Below are positions 36,875 through 50,304 of a stretch of 64,000 nucleotides of DNA, one piece after another. Source of the stretch: Chiloscyllium plagiosum (lineage: Eukaryota); the NCBI RefSeq assembly GCF_004010195.1, contig NC_057751.1, forward strand, positions 18,415,185 through 18,479,184, given 5' to 3'. The notes below the pieces were generated by a model that was given only the letters and a program-made list of their open reading frames with translations, was not told where the DNA came from and did no database searches. The first letter of the stretch is position 1. Each line of letters begins with the position of its first letter. The translations under genes were made by a program, and so were the position numbers.

Positions 36875-38309
36875 CTACACTTATTCACGACTATTCGTTG
36901 CATAGGGTTTGGCACATTATGGGCCGTAGCCAGGCACCAAAACATACTATAAGGACCGATGTTGTTTTGTTTATGAAAGGTTAGAGCATTACGGGATAAC
37001 TGGATTGGATTGGTTCTAACTGGGAAACAATGTTGGCATGGACGAGTTGGTCTGTAGGTCCAGTTTTTTTGAGCTGTACTCTCCAGGACACTCCAGGATC
37101 CATCCATTGATCTTCGCCTTGCAGCAATATGAGCGATGAGTGATGGAAGCTGCATTGTGGTCGTGCCCTGATTGAGTTCAACAAACCAACACCAATCTCC
37201 TGTGGCTGCGGTTTAGTTCTACATTTCGAGGAGGAAACCCATCACAATTTTCAAGTCACCGCATCTTTCCCAGGCGGTGACAGCTAAAAGTCGAGTCAGT
37301 GACAATTAATGCAAGGAAACCAAGGTACAGTGTGATACGTGAGTTGATTTTGCCCCAGGCACCCGACTGCCCACCCTTCTTGGTGCAATAGGCAATAAAA
37401 TGTAATTGATTCAATGTAATTGGTGATTACCTTACAGACAACAGCCTGAGGAATGTTGCATACACGGGACATTACTCTACGCACTGCCGTTGAATACTTC
37501 AGTAATGAACTGGCACTAAGTCCTGCAATGGCACATCACTGTGGCCATTCCATCTGATACCAATGTTGTCACATCTCTAATATCTGTAGAAGCTTTTTCC
37601 CTCGTCCAGCAACACCAGTGTCAAGCTTCCCCCGAACCTCGTTAGTCGAACTGCCCGCATTTGACTATTTCTGTTTGCTTAATCTCTTGCAGAAATCTTG
37701 GGTCTTTGGAAAACTATTAGTGATTGGTTACGATGGTAACTGTGCTAGCATTTCTGATCGAACGGCTCAAATCGGCCTTATGCTCTTTGAGATATGTTAC
37801 TGCCTTTTTGCCCTCAATACCCTGACAGTCCTATCAACCCTGACATATCTGACGTCAACATGCACATTATCTCTGTAAACATGTAACGTGCCAACATCCC
37901 GCATCAGCCAGACTCTTTCAGCATTCCCATTGACATTCTTTCTTTTTGAGTCTCTCACTGTGGCCAACCCCATAGCATCGTGAATGCTGAATGCTCGAAT
38001 CCATCTACTAAATGCCGTTTGCTGCCCATCCCATGAGATTTACCCTGGAACCGGGCTGTACCCTCTGACTGACTCCATCACTCCACCTCCGACTGTGTAA
38101 CTGCGCCTTCCACAACTGTGACCTCTGACACAGGGGAGACTTGAAGATGACAGCGCCAACAACTTCCCCCCACACCTCTACTCAAGATCTCCATCGCTCT
38201 CTCCCCTTTAACATCCAATTCTGCATTCTCGCCTCTCATCCCGGAGCCCCAAAAAGCAATGTCACCTTCCCTGGTCTTCAAGCCGCAATCTGTGATTGTC
38301 ATTCATCAC

Positions 38310-38542
38310 CAAGCCCAGCATTGGAACGCCAACCTGTTTGACCATCTCGCCACCCCAACCCCTGTGCCATTTCTTACATTCCAAGAATTGCTCTGGAAAA
38401 AAAACTCTCCATCTCCTCAACAAGCCCAGCATTGGAACGCCAACCTGTTTGACCATCTCGCCACCACTCCTTCCACCCCAACCCCTGTGCCATTTCTTAC
38501 ATTCCAAGAATTGCTCTGGAAAAAAACTCTCCATCTCCTCAA
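38310..38542. repeat. Near-perfect tandem duplication (111 bp + 122 bp)
   Basis: CAAGCCCAGCATTGG...CCATCTCCTCAA occurs twice; the second copy has an extra ACTCCTTCCACC and one fewer A in the A-run. Confidence 0.95.
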
Positions 38543-40134
38543 TATGGTCGTGATTACTGCTGATCATTCACCCCAAGAGTACAACGTTTGCAAAACTTTC
38601 ACTTCAATGGAAACAATGTCCAACGACGTTGATGCCATAGATTTAGTTGAAGGGGACACTCGCTACCAACCCACCTCTGAAATGACCTTTCTATCTCTTT
38701 GGGGCCTAAAACGTGATCATTGTTCCCATATTATGGCACCTCCTAGACCAGTATTTCCGGCTTTATTCTCAAAACCCCAGATTTTCCCAGGTTTACCGCT
38801 CTCAAATCAGTTCCTGAATTTTTCACAGGTTATCTGCATTTTGACGATTCCTTTCTCTCTCATAAACCTTCTTTGACGAGGGCAGGGCTGACTTTAACAG
38901 TATCCTGCAAATTTAGAAACCCATTTCTCCAGCAATGTATTGCGAAGGCAGAGAAACAAAATGAAAAAAGAAAGCTCTCTTTACTTTGAACTCTCATGGA
39001 GGATCAACACCAATGGTTCTGTTCGTCTATTTTATATTTTTATTTATTTTCATTTGCCTGACCTTACAGTTTATGATTAATCACTCGCACGTTACACTCG
39101 CTACCGTTGTAACATTTGCAGTGAACATTGATTTGAATAAATATACTTTGCTAGCCATTCTTCCGAAACTGCAGGGTACGATTCTGGGCACTATGACTTT
39201 GGAAAGGTGTTGACAGAATGCAGTGGAGGGTTCAGAGAACACTTCGAAACTGAGATTAGAAAATGGAGGACTGTTTAACTTGGGGGAGAGCAGAATGCGA
39301 GACTAGATTAGATTGAGGTTTTCAAGACCGTGACACCTTGGTGCAAACTAGCCAGGGAAACGTTGTCTTCGTCGCTTGTAGAAGAGTCGGGTATGAGGCA
39401 GCTCAGATTTATAATGATTAGTGAGAGAAGTCGATGAGAGGGTAAGTTTTTCCTTGCATGTTGTGGAATGTAGTACCTGGACCTGTGGGGGAGGAGTTAC
39501 TTGAGGGCATTCAGGAGAAGATATTGGTTGCAAAATAGCAAGGTGTCATCCTGAGTCACCCTGAATTCACTCTGTTTGGAATGCAACTTTTGTGCTTGCT
39601 TCCTAATACCTTACTGTCTAATTTTAGCGTCCCTTGCCCGATTTTGCACCCATCCTGTTGGTGACAATGTGCCTCACGACCACTGTCAGTTCAACCTCAC
39701 CCCTTCCACTTCCTTAGAACATCCTGTTCTCAAACATCCTTGACGCTAACACCAGGGAGGCGTCATAATGTCCTAAGATCCGGTATGTAACAATGGAAAT
39801 GACTATCTACCACCATTACAATTGGATTACTGCTGCATTTTGCAGACTTCCTACCCTTTCCTCTGTGCAGCAGAACCAAGAATGAGTGCACTCGCAATTG
39901 GTAGTTACTACTCTTCCCTGTGGCAGTTCCGACTCACATTGGCTGTACAACTGGAACCAAAATGGTTTCTCTGCTAATCTGGGGAATGGCCACAAGGGGG
40001 CACTGTTCCTGTAAAGTCATCTCACTCCACCGTATCCCTTCCTGCCCGTGGACTTTTACCTAGGATAGAAACACCAACACTGAACAACCCTTGTCGGGCT
40101 CTTGTTTCAAATCGTTGTCCAAACATAATTAAGT

Positions 40135-40909
40135 AACAGAGGCATAGATTCATACAGCACATAAACAGGTGATTCGGAATAAACAGTCCATGTCGATCAT
40201 AATCCAAAACATCCTGTGCTTGGTCTGTATCATTTAAAATATTCCCTATTCATGTACTGAGCCATATATCTTAGGAATTTTGTAACTGTTGCGCATCCAT
40301 CACTTTATCCGGAAGTTCATCCCACACATGAATCTGTCTCAGTATATAAAGCTGTCCCTCATGTCATAATTAAATTTTTATCCTCGCACCTTAACAATAT
40401 CCCGAGTTTTAAACTGCCCCAACATAGGGTAAAGACCCTTGTCAATCACCTTTCTGTGGCCCTCGTGATCTTATAAACCTGAATAAGGTCACCGCACATC
40501 CTCCTGTGATCCAGGGGAAAATGTCTCAGCCTATCCAATCTATTTTTATATCGCAAATCCTGACATGAAATTTGTAGTATACTGAGACACCTAGGTAGCT
40601 TGGACGTGGAGAAGGTGTTTCCATTGGTAGGAGGTAGTGGGACGCGAGGGCAGAGACTCAGAGTGATGGGAATGCACTTTAGGACTGAGACATTCTTCAG
40701 CAAGAGGGTGGTGAATCTGTGGAACTCATTGTCTCAGAGGGCTGTGAAAGCCAAATCATTTACTACCTTTGCGACAGATGTGTACAGCTTCTTGATGAAT
40801 AACAGGATCAAGGCTTATGGGGTGAAGTCAGGATAATGTTCCTGAGAAACATATCAGCCATGTTGGAATCCGGAGCTAGACCGAATGGCCTATTTCGTCG
40901 ATATATATT
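40135..40909. mobile_element. Two divergent CR1 3' fragments (minus ~40135-40520; plus ~40570-40909)
   Basis: GDLIQVYKI on minus; FFSKRVVNLWNSL on plus. Confidence 0.75.
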
Positions 40910-43900
40910 TATGATGATGCTTTCCCTTTAACAAAGTAATGTTGTACTCGGTTTTTTCAAGGTGTCTCATAAATTGTGATATTATGAAAATATATGCTTA
41001 AGAATGTATTTTTTTTTAAGAATCACATAGACAATGAAAAGGCTGTCGCTAGTTTTCCAAGTTCAGGGCTTTTCTTTCTGGTTTGGTTTGGTTTAGCAGG
41101 CAGTCTGTTTAAAGCAGCTGTTCAAAGAAGGCTGCTGGGAGGAAAGATTTCTTTGTTTGAATACAAGTTTTCTGGCTGACCTTATCTATGAGATTTCTCC
41201 TGAATGAACCTGTGATTGACATTATTTGCCAAGGGCGTGTTATGGGGTGTTGCATGGCATTTGTAACTGCGTCATTAACTTGTTTAAGAGTCGATTGCGT
41301 TTTCAGATAGGTTAAGATGTTCTAAAGTCGAGAGCGTTGTGCTGGATACGCACAGCTGGTCAGGCAGCATCAGAGGAGGGGGAGAATATACGTTTCGGGC
41401 AAAAACCTTTCATGGGAAATGAAGCCTTTAGACGAGGGATTAGTAAGATAAATGGGAGCGGTGAGAGTGTAGGAAAGGTAACTGAGGGTGCGATAGATGG
41501 ATGGAGGTAGGTGTAATGGTGATAGGTCAGAGAGGAGGGTGAACTCAATAGGTGGAATAGAAGAGGGACAGGTAAGACAGGTCATGTGTGCAGTGTCGAA
41601 TTCGAGGTTGAGACGGAGATAAAGTGTGGCAGAGGAAATGACGAAACTGGTGAAACCCATGTTGTTATTGTGGGGTTGGAGGGTTCTGAGATGGAATTTG
41701 AGGCGTTCTTCCTCCGGTTGTCAGGTGATTAGGGAGTGGCGATGGAGGAGGCCGATGAACTACATGTTCTTGGTGGAATGGGAGGGGGTGTAGAAGTGTT
41801 CGGCCGTGGGGCAGTGAGGTTGGTTGGTGCGGGTGTCCCAGTGATGTTTTCTGAAGTGCTTTGCAAGTAACGTCCTGACTGCCCAATGTCGAGGAGACTG
41901 CATCAGGAGCAACGGATGCAGTAAATGACATGAATGGAAGTGCAGGTAAAACTCTGATGGATATTGAAGGCTCCTTTGAAACCTTGCACGGAGATGAGGG
42001 GGGAGGTGAGTAGGCAGGTTTTGCAATTCCTGCTTTGAGGGGTAAGGTGCTACGAGGGGATGGTGGGCTGCTGGGAGCTGTGGACATAGCAAGGAATTCA
42101 CGGAGGAAATGGACTTTATGGAAAGTGGATAGAGTTGGGAGGAACGTATATCTGTGGAAGTTGGTTCTGTGACTGCTGGCCAAACAATTATCTCCGCAAC
42201 CACCAGGCAGACAACCACCGCTGCTACTGCTATAAGATCCGCTGCTGTCGAAATTAACATGAGGCCAAACTGGAACATCACTTTTGCCCCCTTTGTTGCT
42301 GCTCCCCACCGACATCACCTACATAACGCACTCTACCACTTCCATCCACGTAGCTGCCACTGTCGCAACCACTTCCATGCCCACAGATGCCACTCACCTG
42401 AACACCACCAATAGAATCGCAGATGACTCAGCCCCCCCCCCCCCACACCACAGATCCCACAGTCACCACCTCGGTAAACGTCGGCATCCCCTGTTCCTCT
42501 ACAATCACGCCCACTCCAGTTAAAATCTCCAACCCCACTCCCATCTCCAGTTCAACACCAACACCTTTCTCCCATTGCTGCCGGTTTTTCACCATCATCC
42601 CAGACCTCCTCTTCACTAAGGACGAATGATCAGTACTCAGCAAAGGCATTCCCGTCATTTCCCTTCAGTTCTGGACCAACATATTCAATATGCATTATGA
42701 CATCGAACACTGCCTCCACCTCGAGGCTTATTTTATCCATCTAGAGTCACACACACCTTCCAGGGACCCGTTCTCCAGTCTCCAACACAGCCCATTCACC
42801 TGGATAACCTATGCCGGTCTGTTACCCGCCATTGATCTCTTTATATCTAATTGCCACTGCAACGTTGACCAGCTCAACCTGTCCACCCCCCTCATCTACT
42901 CCAACCTCGCAATGCGCAGCCCTTCGCTCCATCCATTCCAGCCACAACCTCATCATCAAATCAACAGATGGGGAGGTGGGTTGTGTAGTGGTAATTTGGC
43001 ACACTGACCCTTACATCGCTGAAGGCCGGTGCCAACTCGTAGACACATCCCCCTCGTGCCCCGTCGATCACGACTTCACCTCCCTTCACCAAAACATCAT
43101 CTGTCAGACCGCACACAACATCACTACCTCAGGGGTACTCCCACCCACAGCTTCCAACCTCACAGTTCCAGAACCCACTTCACCCAGTTTTGCCTCCTAC
43201 CCAATACCCACAAACCTGATTAATCCAGTTGACCCATTTTCTTGGCCTACTCCTGCTCCATCAAAATCACCTCCACATAAATTGATACTGTCCTATAAGC
43301 CCTGTAGCAGGAACACTGCATATGCATTCGAGACACCGCCCTTCGCCTCTCCTCATCTTCACCATGGGCATCCAGTCCCATACACCTCCATCCATCATGA
43401 CGAGCGCCTCCAAGCGCTCCATATCCTCCTGTCCCAAAGTTCTCACTACTACCCTCTACTGACACTCGTATTAGTTTGGCTGAACTGGTGCTCACCCTTA
43501 ATAATTTCTCCTTTGAATCATTCCACTTCCTCCAGATGAAAGGAGTACCCATGGGCATCTGCATGGGCCCCTGCCTGTCTCTTTGTCAGTTACGTGGATC
43601 AATCCATCTTCCTAAGTCACACTTTCACCATCCCCGCCGTTACTTTGATGACTGAATAGGAGTCACTTCGTGCCCCAAAGAAGACGTTGAACAGTTCATC
43701 GACTTCACTGACACATTCCACGCCGACCTTAAGTTCGCCTAGACCATATCAGACACCTCCCACCCCGCACCACCACCCGCACTTCCTAGATCTTCCCATT
43801 TACATCAACAGTAATTGACACCACACTGATATCTTCCTCAAATCCACCAACTCCCACAGCTACTTGGATTACACCTTCTCCCACCCTACCTCCTGCAAAA

Positions 43901-46900
43901 ATGCTATCGCTTATTCCCTATTCCGCTGCCGCCTCTGCTCCTAGGAGGACCAGTTCCACCACATAACACACCAGATGTCCTCCTTCTTTGAAGATCGCAA
44001 ATTCCCCTACCACGTCATTAATGATGCTGTCCAGCGCATCTCATCCGCTTCCTGCACCTGCGCCTTCGAACCTCACTGTTCTAACCACAACGAGGACAGA
44101 AACCTCCTCCCACCCCCCCCCCACCGATCCTCACGTTCTTACTGACTAACCACTGTATGCATCACATCATCCTCCACCATTTTTGCCAACTACAAACGGA
44201 CTCCACAACCAGAGATACATTTTCCAACCCACCCGATCCACTTTTCTTAAAGACCACGCCCTCCGTGACCCTCTTTTCAGATGCACGCTCCCCACCAACC
44301 CAACCTCCCCTGCCAGCACCTACACCTGCCACCACAATATTTGCGGAACCTCCACCCACACTTCCCTCTCACCTCGGTCCAAGGGCCCCATCGATCAGAG
44401 TTTTACATGCACGTCATTTTCTGCATCTGTTGCTCCTGATGTGATCTTCTCTACATTGGGAGACAGCATGCCTACTTGCAGAGCGGTTTAGTGGACAGAT
44501 CTGGGAAACTGATACCAACCAACCCCACTGCTCCCTGGACAAACACTTCAGCTCCCACTCGTACTGCGCCAAGCACCTGCAGATCCTAGGCCTCCTCTAC
44601 CGCCACTCCCTAGGCACCTGATCCCTGGAGGAAGAACGCTTCATCTTCTGCTTCATGAAACTGCAACCCCACAACATTAGTGTGGATTTCACCAGTTTCC
44701 TTATTCCCTCCCAACGTTATCCCAGATCCAACCTTCAACTCAGCACCGCTCTCATGACCTGTCCTATCTTTGCATCTTCCTTCCCACCCATCTGCTCCAT
44801 CTCCCCTCCAACCAACCACCATTACCCCCAACTCTGTCTACCTATCGCACTCTCAGCTGCCCTTACCCCCAGACTCACCCCCAACCATCTCTCTTACCAC
44901 CCCTGAGCTCAGAACTGTATTCCTGATGGAGGTTTTTTTGCCCAAAATGTCAATTCTCCTGCTCCTCGGATGCTGCCTGACCTGCTGTGCTTTTGCAGCA
45001 CCACACTTTCGATACTAATCTCCAGCATCTGCAGTCCTCACTTTCGCCTAAGTTACTCTAAATCCAATTCTCTTTAGTTCGTGTTTCATTCCGAATAAAC
45101 ACATCCCGTTTTCCTTAAAACTGAACGGTTGGTCCAGCAGCATCTCTCCTAAAATACCCACTTACACTAAAAAGAATTAAGAAAGTTATGGTCTGGACTA
45201 CCATTTTGAAATGATTTCAGGACTGATCCATAACAGCTTCCGGGCTCTTTGTGGGCTTAGTTTTATAGTTCAGATTTGGACTCAAAGGTGGTTTGTGTTA
45301 GTGTCTCATGTACAGGGTTTTGAATTTGCTTGGCTTATACAGTGCTTGTTGTGGCAATGGCTCTTTCAGCTTAGAGTTATTTGGGTGTAGAGGATGCGAC
45401 TTTGGCGAATTTATAAAATGTGAACAAGGCAGAGCTACTTGAATTGCAATTAATCTGGAGTTGGAGTTATTTTCGTTTGTAAGGCAAGAAATTGGAATTA
45501 CAGCAATGTCTCAGCATTTAAAATTTCCACAAACGTATGAACATTAGAATTTTAGTTTCAGGAGTAGGAGTAGGCTAACTGGCCCTTGCAGCCACAAGGG
45601 CTACACACTTTACTGTGTCACTCATCTTAGTATCTTCTGCTATGTGTGAACAACGCAAAGTCAATGCATTTATGAAATCTTATCCATATCCCATTTCACG
45701 TTTTGAAGACTGCATTTAAAAATTGGGAGAAGCAACGTATCTTTCCGAATGGGATTTGTTCAGAAGATTCTGGCAGATAAACTATTCCAAAAGCGCGAAG
45801 ATAAATTGCCTTCTGTGATGCCTAATGGACTGTGTCTATTAAAAATCATGCATTTTGGTATACAAATGTGCGAGGCTTATTTCAAAAATTAAACAGTGCG
45901 GTCAGTTCCGGAGTACCCAATTGTGTAATTTATATTGATGACGTGGTGATTTTGAGTCACACATCTGCATCATTTATCAGTGTTGTTCAATCGACTTCAG
46001 GAGGCAGACTTTGTGTTAAAACTGGCTTAGAGTGAATTTGCAAATGTTCAACGCATTTGTCTGAGCCGTGTGATTGGACATGGACAAATGACCCCACGGA
46101 ATGAAAACAAAGGTAATTGGGGAGTTCTAGTACTATCAACAAAAATTAGCAGTAGAGGAACAGCGATTCCTGGGATTGAGAGTATTTTATCGGTAACTCG
46201 CACCAAATTTTTGCAATGTGTTTACTCCTCTCACTGAGTTACTGAAGATAGGCAAGAAGTTAGTGGACAGCAGACTGTCAGGAGGCATTTCACAGCCTGA
46301 AATCTCTATTCACCACTGCTTTAGTGTTAACCACACCTCATGAAATGAAGCCATTTAAGGTGGCTGTTGAACTGACTGAAATGGGTTCGGTGTTGTGCTC
46401 TTGCAGGAAGATGACGAGAAGGTAGAAAGACCTATCTGGAATTTCGCAAGGAAGTTGAACATTCGTCAGCAGAAATATTCGACAATTGAGTAGCAGACCT
46501 TAACATTTCAACATTTGTGTTACCACGAATGTATCTGAGACAGTCATGTACACTAATCATAACCCTTTATAGTTTGTGGTGAAATGTAAGGACAAAAAAA
46601 ATCAGACTGTTTGGGTGAAGCATGTTGTTACAGCCAATCGGTTTGGAAATTACTCATGTGGCAGAATGCAAAAACATGATTTCCGCTGCATTGTCGAAAC
46701 TTGGACAAGAAACAGAGGCTTTTGATGTCAAGAGTAAATGATCTAATACAGAATGTAGTAGTGTATGTTTGCAAGTTTTTTAGTCAATGGCATGTATATG
46801 TATTGTAGGTTACTAACTGTTAGGTTTAAGGGGTTTTAATATGAATCCATTTTGGATATTAATGATTCAGCATTAAGGGGAAAGTATGATGATGCTGCTC

Positions 46901-47498
46901 CTTTAACAAGGTTATTCTGTTCTTTATTTTATTCACGCGGGGTCGTAATGGCAGAGGATCAGATATCTTCAGAAATATTTATTTGACACTGGTTTGAAGT
47001 CTTTCTTTTAAAACACTTGCACAATGAAGGTGCAGTGGCAGCGTCTTCCAATTTAGAATTTGGTTTGGTTTGGTGTTAGCACGCAGGCCTTTTGAAGCTT
47101 CTGGACAAAGAAATCGCTCCATTTTGATCCTCTCTTTCTCTCCCTCTCCCAATATCCTCTTCATCTCTCTCTCTCTCTCTGACACCTGTTCTGTAAGAGC
47201 CTGTATTAATTTTACCTTTACTTGCGCTGTTTATGAGGATGTTGCAATTGCTTGGAACAGCATCTCTGACTTGGGATAGAGTCTAGTGGCTTGTAAGATA
47301 GGTTAAGTTATTCTAAATTCGTTTCTCTTTTGTTCGTGTTTCATTCAGTAGTCTGTCGATAAATTCTGTTTTGTTTAAAACTGTGGAGTTGGGTCAGCTG
47401 CCTCACTTCTGGAATATGCACTATAACGTTACTTGAAACTATTAGAAAAGTTGTGGTCTGGGCTCCGTTCTTCAAATTTTCTGAGCTGGACCATAACT
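40910..47498 (+). mobile_element. Internally deleted Gmr1-like Gypsy element with two LTRs (5' LTR 40910-41326 + 45050-45235; 3' LTR 46885-47498)
   Basis: Both LTRs start TATGATGATGC and end CCATAAC(A/T); RT YPISRFEDCI and YIDDVVI; RNase H PFKVAVE, FARKLNIRQQKYSTIE, YTNHNPL; PPT AAGGGGAAAG at 46875-46884. Confidence 0.85.
41327..45049 (+). mobile_element. Large decayed Penelope-like element (family 1): RT + GIY-YIG, with an inverted copy of its 3' end at the 5' side
   Basis: QMKGVPMGICMGP (~43533), RYFDD (~43638), FLDL, LYIG (~44449); 41327-~42150 is the reverse complement of ~44250-45010; TSD-like AAGATGTTCTAAA / AAGTTACTCTAAA. Confidence 0.85.
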
Positions 47499-47904
47499 CT
47501 ACACTACATACTGCAGCTCAACTTTGAAATTGTTCTGCGAGCAATTGACCCATTTAATGGTTCCACTATGTATTCGGAGGAAGACTGCAGCCCCGATCTT
47601 GTTCCAGTAAAAGCTGTCTCGGGTCCTGTTCTCAGTTTGCTCCATGAGCATGGTCATATTTACCCCATTTCAACTCTTCCCCCATATCGAAGAGCCCCAT
47701 CCCACTTTCAAGTTTTCCAAAAGGAAGAGACTCCATCGCCGCTCCAAACCCAAATCTGTTCTCCCCAGCAGCAGATATCTGCCCCATTGCGACACTGTTT
47801 CCGCAGCAACCGTCTCCGGTCGCTCTCCATCATGATTCACTGAGCAAGAAAATTCGGTTACATCCTCACATTCCCTTAGCAACAGATACATGTTTCTAGC
47901 CTTG

Positions 47905-48072
47905 AAATGTGTTGATGGATAAGCACAGCAGGTCAGGGAGCATCAAAGGAGCAGGAGAATCGACGTTTCGGGTCGATTCTCCTGCTCCTTGGATGCTGCC
48001 TGACCTGCTGCGCTTTTCCAGCAACACATTTTCAGCTCTGATCTCTAGCATCTGCAGTCCTCACTTTCTCCT
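47905..48072. mobile_element. Palindromic Penelope family-1 tail insertion
   Basis: Inverted arms centred ~47970; 15-bp TSD ATGTTTCT(A/G)GCCTTG (47890-47904 / 48073-48087). Confidence 0.85.
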
Positions 48073-48730
48073 ATGTTTCTGGCCTTGCCGTGTTTCCTAC
48101 AAAAGGCTCTGACTAAACGCCAATCTATTCACTGAACAACATTATGCAGTCCGAATCCCACTCTGTTCCCCCATCAATAGACAAGACCCTACTCATATGC
48201 TTCACTTCGCTATAATAAGCAGCTCCAAGCCCACGCAGTTTATTGAGCAACAGTCTTCTGTTCACATGTGTCGCTCATTGCCGAGCAACATATTCCGCAA
48301 TAGCTCATGTCAGGTTCATCTCACAGATTACTCTAGCGCTCACAAGAAACAGGCATCAGCAACGGTCCCACAATCCTCCTAGAGTATCAAGCTCCAGTGT
48401 CAATACCACTTAGTTCCTTCAGTCACGGAATCCAGAAAAGCTTTATTTCTTTCACTGAAAATATGCCCCACCTAAACTCTGACTTTATTCTCCAAAGAAC
48501 AGTCTCCAACCCGAATGCCACTATGGTCTGCGACCACCAGAGTGCTGTTCCAATGACTCACGGTTCCCCTTTTATCCTGACTTCACATTTTTAAAATAAC
48601 TGTCTCAGGCCTCATTAACAGATAAACCATTTTGAGGCAAATTCATACACTGCCCGGAAAGATTTTCTTATTCTCTATTTTCATTTAATGACAGACAACT
48701 AGAGCCATGCCCGATTACCAATCTTACAAG

Positions 48731-49012
48731 GATAGATTTATTACAGTGAGGAAACAGGCCCTTCAGCCCAACGAGTCCACACCGACCCTCCAAAGAGCAA
48801 CCCACCCAGACCCCGACATTCACCCCTTCACTTGACACTACGGGCAATTTAGCATGGCCAATTCCCCTAAACTGCATGTCTTTGGACTGTGGGAGAAAAC
48901 TCACGCAGACACAGGGAGAATGTGCAAACTCCACACAGATAGATGCCTGTGGCGGGAATTGAACTTAGATCCCTGGCACTGTGAGGCAGCAGTCCTACCA
49001 CCGTGCCACCCA
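48731..49012 (-). mobile_element. HE1-type SINE, well preserved
   Basis: Minus strand: GGTGGCACGGTGG..CTGCTGCCTCACAGTGCCAGGG..GTTCAATTCCCGCC..GTGGAGTTTGCACATTCTCCC..CCTGTTTCCTCACTGTAA. Confidence 0.9.
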
Positions 49013-50304
49013 TCTTTTGGCAAGTAAATGCGCTCTCTTGTTTCCCTATTTTCTAATTTATCCAAATTGCCACAGACCCCAGCTCCCATTTCATTGTGTA
49101 ACTAAAGTAACAGTTTCCTGCTGTACACCAAATCCTTTTCCCATGAAAAGATTCCAACCACACTATCCAGCTGTTTCCATAGAAGCATATTCTGTCCCCA
49201 TTCCCCTCTGGACTGTCACCTGTAGCATTTCCAAGCTGTTCCCCGACGGCCTGCGGACCCACCCCAACGATGTTTTTCGTGCAAGAGTCTGTTCTCCAAC
49301 ACATGCTTCATTCCCCGAGCAACAGTCTGCTGCTCAACCCACACATTGTTCACCGAGGAATTGCCTGCAGTCCAAAAACTTACCTGCTTACCTGGCACCA
49401 CTCTGAAATCCTGCACCCACCCTGTTCTATTAACAATAGTCTGCAGCCTCTCTGCTAATGATTCCCTCGATGTTATTGACAACTACTTTGCCCAGAAACA
49501 GACGAAAAGTGTGAGGTCCAAAATTGCATATTCTTCAACAAGCCATTCATCATCCTGATTTGTAAATGAATCGCCATTTCTTTAATATTTTTGGCTCAAC
49601 ATCCTGGTAATCTATTTTTAAGTTCATAGGGGACGAATTGCAGCACATGGACTGAAACAGGTCAAAAAATCAGCTCACCATCTCCTTCAGGAAACTAGAG
49701 ACCGGCACTAAATGTCAATGATATGTTAATGCCGTCAGGTCTTCCAAAGTGTCATGTCCAGTCCAGAAAAAAAGAACAGGAAATCCAGGATTACTGAAAG
49801 GGTATGACTTTTCCTACAGTTTTGGGCATAAGGCCTGGAGTCAATGAACAAGTTGAATGGGATGTGAGGCGCTGCCACTCATGCACTACACCCGGGGTTC
49901 CAGAAGGAACATAATCACGATGGCAGAATGGGATTTCTAACCCACAGTAACTTGAGGACTTTGTCTATGAGGGTATGGAATATGGAGAGTGTGAGAAGGT
50001 GAGAGATGGAAAGAGGAAGAGAGCGACGGCGTGGGAGGCGGAGGCAGAAATGACATGAAAAATAATGGAAGGGATCTAACATGGAGAGAGAGAGAAAGGG
50101 ACCTGGAAGAGGGGATTGGAGGGGAGAAAGTGAAGATGACATAATGTGTGAGATTTTAGGAAAATAAACGGACAGAAAGGAAGAAAAGTGAAAGACACGG
50201 TCAGACGTTTCAAGGTGAAGAGAGAATGAGGAAATGGTGAATGAGAGTTGGTAGTTTTGGAGGCAGGGTGGAGAGCGAGACAGCGAGTGCAGGAGAGGCA
50301 ATTA

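Noticed and set aside
41665..42318. 217-aa and 173-aa minus-strand ORFs
   Set aside because: Shifted frames of the inverted PLE GIY-YIG region, not host genes
49915..50301. Purine-rich tract and its minus-strand ORF (similar tract at ~300-540)
   Set aside because: Low-complexity GA-rich sequence with no coding signature
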